Shown here: positions 33,534-37,601 of the stretch, piece by piece
How positions within the stretch are numbered: position 1 is the stretch's first letter
Layout of the letters: every line of letters starts with the position of its first letter
Translations under genes and position numbers: made by a program
Origin: an uncultured Holophagales bacterium
Lineage (GTDB): Bacteria > Acidobacteriota > Thermoanaerobaculia > UBA5066
Direction of reading: 5' to 3'
Assembly: GCA_964575465.1 (NCBI GenBank)
Contig: CAZNSS010000001.1
Location: 1-37,601, forward strand
DNA: 37,601 bases
Notes under the pieces: model-generated
The model's input: only the letters and a program-made list of their open reading frames with translations
Database searches by the model: none
Told to the model about the DNA's origin: nothing

Positions 33534-35291
33534 TCAGCCGAGGTTCCTGAAGAACCGGACCCCGCCGGCCCGGCTCTTGTCCGTGGTCCGGTACTCGAAC
33601 ATGAGGACGATGTCGTTCCGGCCGTCCCTGTCGACGTCGACGATCACGACGGACATCGAGTGGTTGACGAACCGGGGCTGGAGGGCCGGGTCGAGCTCCT
33701 CGAACTCGCCGGCAGCCGTCTGGAAGAAGACCCGGACCCGGCCGACCGATCGATCGGCCCAGACGACGTCGTCCAGGCCGTCCCCGTTCAGGTCCCCCGC
33801 GCCGAGGCCGGCCGACTCGACCCCCGCGTCAGCCAGGGCTTTCACGAGCCGCTTGCGCTTCCACCCTTCGGAATCCCGGTAGTAGATGGAGACGCCGTGC
33901 CCGCGGATCGGCTTCTGGACCGCACCGGGGGCGTTCCCCTTGACGTACGCCGCGAAGGCGGCGGGAAACCCGTGGTACGTGCCGGTCGCGGAACCGCTGT
34001 GGAAGCTGAAGTCCTCGACGACCTCCCTGCCGACCTGACGGAAAGCCTTCGTGGCGGCGTCCCACTCGTAGAGCAGTGCCCGCCCCCCCTGGTACCGGCA
34101 GCCGGAGGCGAAAAAGGGCGCCCCACCTCCCGCGGGATGGACGGCGAGCGCCAGCGAGTAGCCGAAACAGGCGTTCTCGAGGCCCGCGGAGCTCTCCGAG
34201 AACGTCCCGTCCTTCCTCCCGAAGAACGCGCGCGTGTCGAAGCCCTTGCGATACCCGTCCTTGCCAGCCTCGCGGGCCGCGGCCGCTTCAGCCCCCTTGC
34301 CGCGCGCCTCGGCCAGCTCCTGATCCGTCCTCGCCCGAACCGATTCGGGCTCGTCGGAGATCGCGACGATGTCGAGGAGGCCGTCTCCGTCGATGTCCCC
34401 GGACTCGATGGCCCGGCCGCTCATCTCGCGCGGCAGGCCGCGGGTCTCGAACCGGAACCGCCCCTCCCCCTTGTTGAGGGCCACGAGGGGACCCGCGCCG
34501 TGGCCGATTCCGATCAGGTCCGGCCTGCCGTCCCCGTCGACGTCGGCGACAGAGACACCGCCCTCGCCGAACCGCAGCCGGATGTCGGTGTCTTCCTTCT
34601 GCGGCTCCATGTTCGTCCAGCGCGTCCCGTCGAAGCGGAAGATCCTGGGGGTTCCGATCGCGGAGAGCCGGGGCGGCGGGGTGACGATCTCGGGAGAACC
34701 GTTCCCGTCGAGGTCCGCGACCTTCATGTTGGACCGCCAGAACCCCGACGTCGGAAGGCCTTCGGACTTCTCCTCGAACCTGAGGCGCGTCTTCGACTGG
34801 GGCGGAGCGACGACCTCGTACTCGATCTCGGGCACCTCGATGAGGGGGTTCAGCCCCTCGACGTCCTGATCGTCCGCCAGGCGCAGGGCCTCCTTCGTGG
34901 GCTCCTTCGGGGCGTCGACGTAGTAGTACTTCTCGTCTTCCCGCACGAGGTCGAGGAGGAACATGTTCGGGTTCAGCAGCGTGTGGCGGAGCTTCCCGTT
35001 CTCGACCCGAAGCGTCTGGCTCTTGGGAATCCGCTGGAGCCGGCGGCCCGTCACCTTGTCGTCGAAGACGAGCCACTCGTCCGGCGGCGTCGTCGGCTCG
35101 GCCCTCTCGAGGGGCGGAAGTCCCGCCAGGGCCCGGGAGGTGTTGACGTACTTCAGCTCCTCCTCGGCGGTCATGGGCGCCGCCGCGGCGGGCTTCGCCG
35201 GCGAGGCAGCTTTCTTCTCCGCCCCGGAGGAGGCGCAGCCGGAAGCGACGAGCAGGACGAGGGGAAGGGCGACGAGGGCGATTCTCTTCAA
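33534..35291 (-). CDS. FG-GAP/VCBS-repeat lipoprotein (585 aa)
   Basis: This is the C-terminal 585 codons of track ORF 33534..36161. The start is TTG 35291-35289 with AGGAGA 5 nt upstream. The N-terminus is (M)KRIALVALPLVLLVASGC|ASSG, a lipobox A-S-G-C. Five Ca-binding-type FG-GAP/VCBS motifs are present: VADLDGNGSPEIV, VADVDGDGRPDLIGIG, SGDIDGDGLLDIVAIS, AGDLNGDGLDDVVWAD and IVDVDRDGRNDIVLMF. Confidence 0.85.
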   Translation of the reverse strand: MKRIALVALPLVLLVASGCASSGAEKKAASPAKPAAAAPMTAEEELKYVNTSRALAGLPPLERAEPTTPPDEWLVFDDKVTGRRLQRIPKSQTLRVENGKLRHTLLNPNMFLLDLVREDEKYYYVDAPKEPTKEALRLADDQDVEGLNPLIEVPEIEYEVVAPPQSKTRLRFEEKSEGLPTSGFWRSNMKVADLDGNGSPEIVTPPPRLSAIGTPRIFRFDGTRWTNMEPQKEDTDIRLRFGEGGVSVADVDGDGRPDLIGIGHGAGPLVALNKGEGRFRFETRGLPREMSGRAIESGDIDGDGLLDIVAISDEPESVRARTDQELAEARGKGAEAAAAREAGKDGYRKGFDTRAFFGRKDGTFSESSAGLENACFGYSLALAVHPAGGGAPFFASGCRYQGGRALLYEWDAATKAFRQVGREVVEDFSFHSGSATGTYHGFPAAFAAYVKGNAPGAVQKPIRGHGVSIYYRDSEGWKRKRLVKALADAGVESAGLGAGDLNGDGLDDVVWADRSVGRVRVFFQTAAGEFEELDPALQPRFVNHSMSVVIVDVDRDGRNDIVLMFEYRTTDKSRAGGVRFFRNLG

Positions 35292-35356
35292 GTCTTCTCC
35301 TGGGGCGCACGGGAAAACCGCAGGCGGTCGGCCCGCGGCTTCAGACGAAAAGGGGA

Positions 35357-36124
35357 TCAGAGGATGTCGGCGAAGACCCTTCGGCTCCGCTCGAAGAACC
35401 TGTACCCGAGAAATGCTAGCACGCCGGAAGCGACCATCCAGAGGCCGACCCGCGCCGCGGGAGGCGCCGCCGTTCCGATGAGTCCGGCGCGGAAGAGCGC
35501 GACGAGGTCCCTGAGCGGGTTCACGTCCATGACCCAGCCCAGCGAGGGAGGGACGAGGGTCTCGGGGTAGAGGATGGGCGACAGGTAGAAGACGACCGTC
35601 AGCAGGGGTGGAAGCAGCTGGGCGAGGTCCCGAAACAGCACGCTGGCAGCCGCCAAAGCAAGCGCCGGGCCAATCAGGAGGAGGAGCTCGAAAGCGAATC
35701 CCGCCGCGATCGGGAGGAGCCGGAGGTGGCCCGCCCCGAACACCCCCGAGAAGCCGGCGAAGACGACGAGTCCCGCCGTCTGGAGGACGAGCGCCGACGT
35801 CAGGCTGGCCCCCACGAGAAGGGCCACCGGAAACGACATCTTCTTGACGAGGTGGGCCTGCTCGACGATCGAGCCTGCCCCGCGGACCAGGCCGTCCTGG
35901 AGGCCCAGCCACGGGAGGAGGCCTGCGAGCAGGAATTCGGCGTAAGTCCCGCGGAAGTCCTCGGGTGGCGCGATCCGGACGATGACCGCGAAAACGAGGG
36001 TATAGAGGCCGCACAGGATGAGTGGATTCAGGAGCGCCCAGGCCGCGCCGCCCACGCTCCCGGCGTACCGGACCGAAAGGTCGCGCCGGACGAGCTCGGA
36101 AAGGAGGAAGAGGCGTCGTCTCAA
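35357..36124 (-). CDS. ABC-2 type (Wzm/TagG/KpsM-like) transporter permease, 255 aa
   Basis: The N-terminal signature is LVRRDLSVRYAGSVGGAAWALLNPLILCGLYTLVF, followed by about 6 hydrophobic spans and VKKMSFPVALL. This is typical of polysaccharide or teichoic-acid ABC-2 exporter permeases. The start is TTG 36124, the first start codon after an in-frame stop, with no clear SD. No ATPase gene is adjacent. Confidence 0.85.
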   Translation of the reverse strand: MRRRLFLLSELVRRDLSVRYAGSVGGAAWALLNPLILCGLYTLVFAVIVRIAPPEDFRGTYAEFLLAGLLPWLGLQDGLVRGAGSIVEQAHLVKKMSFPVALLVGASLTSALVLQTAGLVVFAGFSGVFGAGHLRLLPIAAGFAFELLLLIGPALALAAASVLFRDLAQLLPPLLTVVFYLSPILYPETLVPPSLGWVMDVNPLRDLVALFRAGLIGTAAPPAARVGLWMVASGVLAFLGYRFFERSRRVFADIL

Positions 36125-36161
36125 GAGGGGACCGGCGGGCCGTCGGAACGGGAGGATTCAC

Positions 36162-36189
36162 TTGACAGAAACACGGGAGAGCCTAACCT
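36162..36189 (+). promoter_or_regulatory. Sigma70-like promoter for the XRE regulator in the divergent intergenic region
   Basis: TTGACA (36162-36167), N16, TAACCT (36184-36189), 20 nt before ATG 36209. The -10 hexamer is the same as in the 503-aa gene promoter. The leader would be very short. Confidence 0.5.
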
Positions 36190-36208
36190 TAGCTTCGGGT
36201 CCGTGTCG

Positions 36209-36691
36209 ATGAGTGCCTCCGTGCGCCCTTCGCAGATTATCGTGGTGGGTCAAAAGATCCGTCAAATCCGGAAGAGCCGTCGGCTGACCCAGGCCGACCT
36301 CGCCGGGCGGATCGGCGTGACCCAGTCGGACCTCTCCCGGATGGAGAACGGCGAGTACAAGGTCGGCCTCGACACGCTCTTCCGGATCCTCCAGGTCTTC
36401 GAGCTTTCGATGAGCCGGTTCTTCGAGGAGACGGCCTCCGAGCCCGCCGAAATCGAGGAAGCGCCGGCCACCGACCCCGCCACGGAGACGCAGATGCTCC
36501 TCGCCGACTTCGAGGAGCTCGATGAGGACTCGCGCCGCGACGTCCGCGATTTCATCGCCTTCAAGAAGATCCAGCAGCAGAACCGGCAGCCGCGCTGGCG
36601 GCCCGAAGAGGCCCCCGCGGCGCCCGAGCCGCCCGCGGCCACGCCGCTGATCCCGTTCGGACGGCCCACCGGCCCCGGCAGGCCCGAGTGA
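36209..36691 (+). CDS. XRE-family (Cro/C1-type HTH) transcriptional regulator, 160 aa
   Basis: This is the internal ATG of track ORF 35726..36691. The HTH_3 signature is VGQKIRQIRKSRRLTQADLAGRIGVTQSDLSRMENGEYKVGLDTLFRILQVFELSMSRFF. It has an acidic, then Pro-rich C-terminal tail. Confidence 0.85.
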   Translation: MSASVRPSQIIVVGQKIRQIRKSRRLTQADLAGRIGVTQSDLSRMENGEYKVGLDTLFRILQVFELSMSRFFEETASEPAEIEEAPATDPATETQMLLADFEELDEDSRRDVRDFIAFKKIQQQNRQPRWRPEEAPAAPEPPAATPLIPFGRPTGPGRPE

Positions 36692-36703
36692 GGAATTAGA
36701 GAG

Positions 36704-37601
36704 ATGGAAGTTTCTCAGGTCGAGACCGCCACTCTCCGCAGCCGCGCCGAAGGGCTGCGCTCGGAGGCGGTCGGGTTCCTCGAGAAGGGCGAGTTCGCCT
36801 CCTCGCTGGCGCTCTACGACGAGTCGCTCGAGACGGCCCGCCTCACGGGCGACGCCTCCTTCGTCGACTGGATCTACTCCTGCCGCGCCGCGGCGGCGGC
36901 GGAGGCCGGCCCCGCGGAAGGCGAGCTCGTCGAGCTCAAGCGGATCCTGCTCCGCGGGCGCGAAGACCAGACCGCTTTCCGCGCGGCGTACACCGCTGCG
37001 CGCATCTACGAGCTGAAGCGGGACTTCAAGAAGGCCACGTTCTACGCGCGCCTCGCCCGGCAGCACGCCGCCGAAATCGGCGATCCTCTCCTCCTCGCCG
37101 GCGCCGAGAGCACCCAGGGGACCCTCCTCGCGGTCGACAGCCGGTTCGAGGAGGCCGCGGAATGCTACCGGCGCGCGCTCGAGGTCTCGGCCCCGCCGGC
37201 GCGCGTCTCGGCCCTCTTCCGCGCGCTCTGGCAGGACAACCTCGGGTACTGCCTCATCGCTCTCGACCGGACGGCCGAGGGTCTGCCCCTCGTCCACGAC
37301 GCCCTCGAGACGATCGAGAAGGCCGGGGCGAAGGCCCACACCGTCTTCCCGCTCATGGACCTCTGCTTCGGCTACCTGAAGGGCGACCGCTACGAGGAAG
37401 CGCGCTACTTCGGGGAGGCGTGCCTCGAGCGCGCGCCCCTCTCCGGCGACGACTCCGTCGAGCGGAACGTCCTCTACCTCCTCGGCGAGGCGAGCCACCT
37501 CGGCGGTGACGAGGACGCCGCCCGCGAGTACTTCGACCGCCTCGCTTCCCTCTACCCCGACTTCCGGAACCTCAGGGCCTACCTCGAGGTCTTCGACTTC
37601 C
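36704..37601 (+). CDS. TPR-like helical-repeat protein, N-terminal 299 codons (runs off the right edge)
   Basis: Not in the track because it has no stop. The start is ATG 36704, 12 nt after the XRE stop, preceded by AGGAATTAGAGAG. I checked every triplet to 37600 and found no stop, with high GC3. Repeated helical-hairpin motifs include LALYDESLETARLTGD, YTAARIYELKRDFKKATFYARLA, FEEAAECYRRALEV and GDRYEEARYFGEACLE. Confidence 0.75.
   Translation, partial: MEVSQVETATLRSRAEGLRSEAVGFLEKGEFASSLALYDESLETARLTGDASFVDWIYSCRAAAAAEAGPAEGELVELKRILLRGREDQTAFRAAYTAARIYELKRDFKKATFYARLARQHAAEIGDPLLLAGAESTQGTLLAVDSRFEEAAECYRRALEVSAPPARVSALFRALWQDNLGYCLIALDRTAEGLPLVHDALETIEKAGAKAHTVFPLMDLCFGYLKGDRYEEARYFGEACLERAPLSGDDSVERNVLYLLGEASHLGGDEDAAREYFDRLASLYPDFRNLRAYLEVFDF

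Noticed and set aside
33534-36161. 875-aa track ORF treated as one protein
   Set aside because: The N-terminal 290 aa are P/R/G-rich. They overlap the ABC-2 permease gene (35357-36124), a convincing polytopic membrane protein, out of frame. The real product starts at TTG 35291 with an SD and a lipoprotein signal peptide.
36158-37498. 446-aa minus-strand ORF spanning the XRE and TPR genes
   Set aside because: Its E/R/L/G-rich sequence is typical of the antisense of GC-rich genes. It has no Walker or other motif. The plus strand encodes a clear Cro/C1 HTH followed by a stop-free, high-GC3 TPR-like frame.
1-37601. Scan for tRNA, rRNA, CRISPR arrays, IS elements, integrases, toxin-antitoxin or known defence genes
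   Set aside because: I saw no cloverleaf-like or rRNA-like segment, no regular repeat-spacer array, no terminal inverted repeats and no DDE, tyrosine-recombinase or nuclease motifs in any credible frame. Intergenic space totals only about 1.1 kb.

Overview
Very GC-rich bacterial window: hand counts on sample lines give about 72% GC in the large genes, about 63% in one outlier gene and about 53% in its leader. I support 10 protein-coding genes. Eight lie head-to-tail on the minus strand (36124 to 1) and two on the plus strand at the right edge. About two thirds of the window is one apparent minus-strand operon. It runs from a 148-aa AraC-type regulator to a 5785-aa exported protein, a 286-aa exported protein and a second giant exported protein (2338 codons in the window, running off the left edge). 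That last gene is absent from the supplied ORF track because it has no in-window stop. The three large or small exported genes are joined by 4-nt start/stop overlaps (ATGA and TTGA). Upstream are three more units. One is a monocistronic 1817-aa PKD-repeat exported protein with its own terminator. One is a monocistronic, codon-optimised, compositionally distinct 503-aa secreted protein with a sigma70-like promoter, long leader and strong terminator. The third is an ABC-2 (Wzm-like) permease followed by an FG-GAP/VCBS lipoprotein. An XRE-HTH regulator and a TPR-like protein are transcribed divergently at the right end. I saw no rRNA, tRNA, CRISPR array, transposase, integrase or secretion-machinery gene. 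Most other long track ORFs are codon-aligned antisense or out-of-frame artefacts of high GC3. All domain names come from motif recognition by eye; no HMM or BLAST search was possible. The main candidate for something undescribed is the regulator-led giant/small/giant exported-protein operon and its four paralogous Gly-rich beta-helix modules. The orphan, apparently highly expressed 503-aa secreted protein next door is the second candidate.
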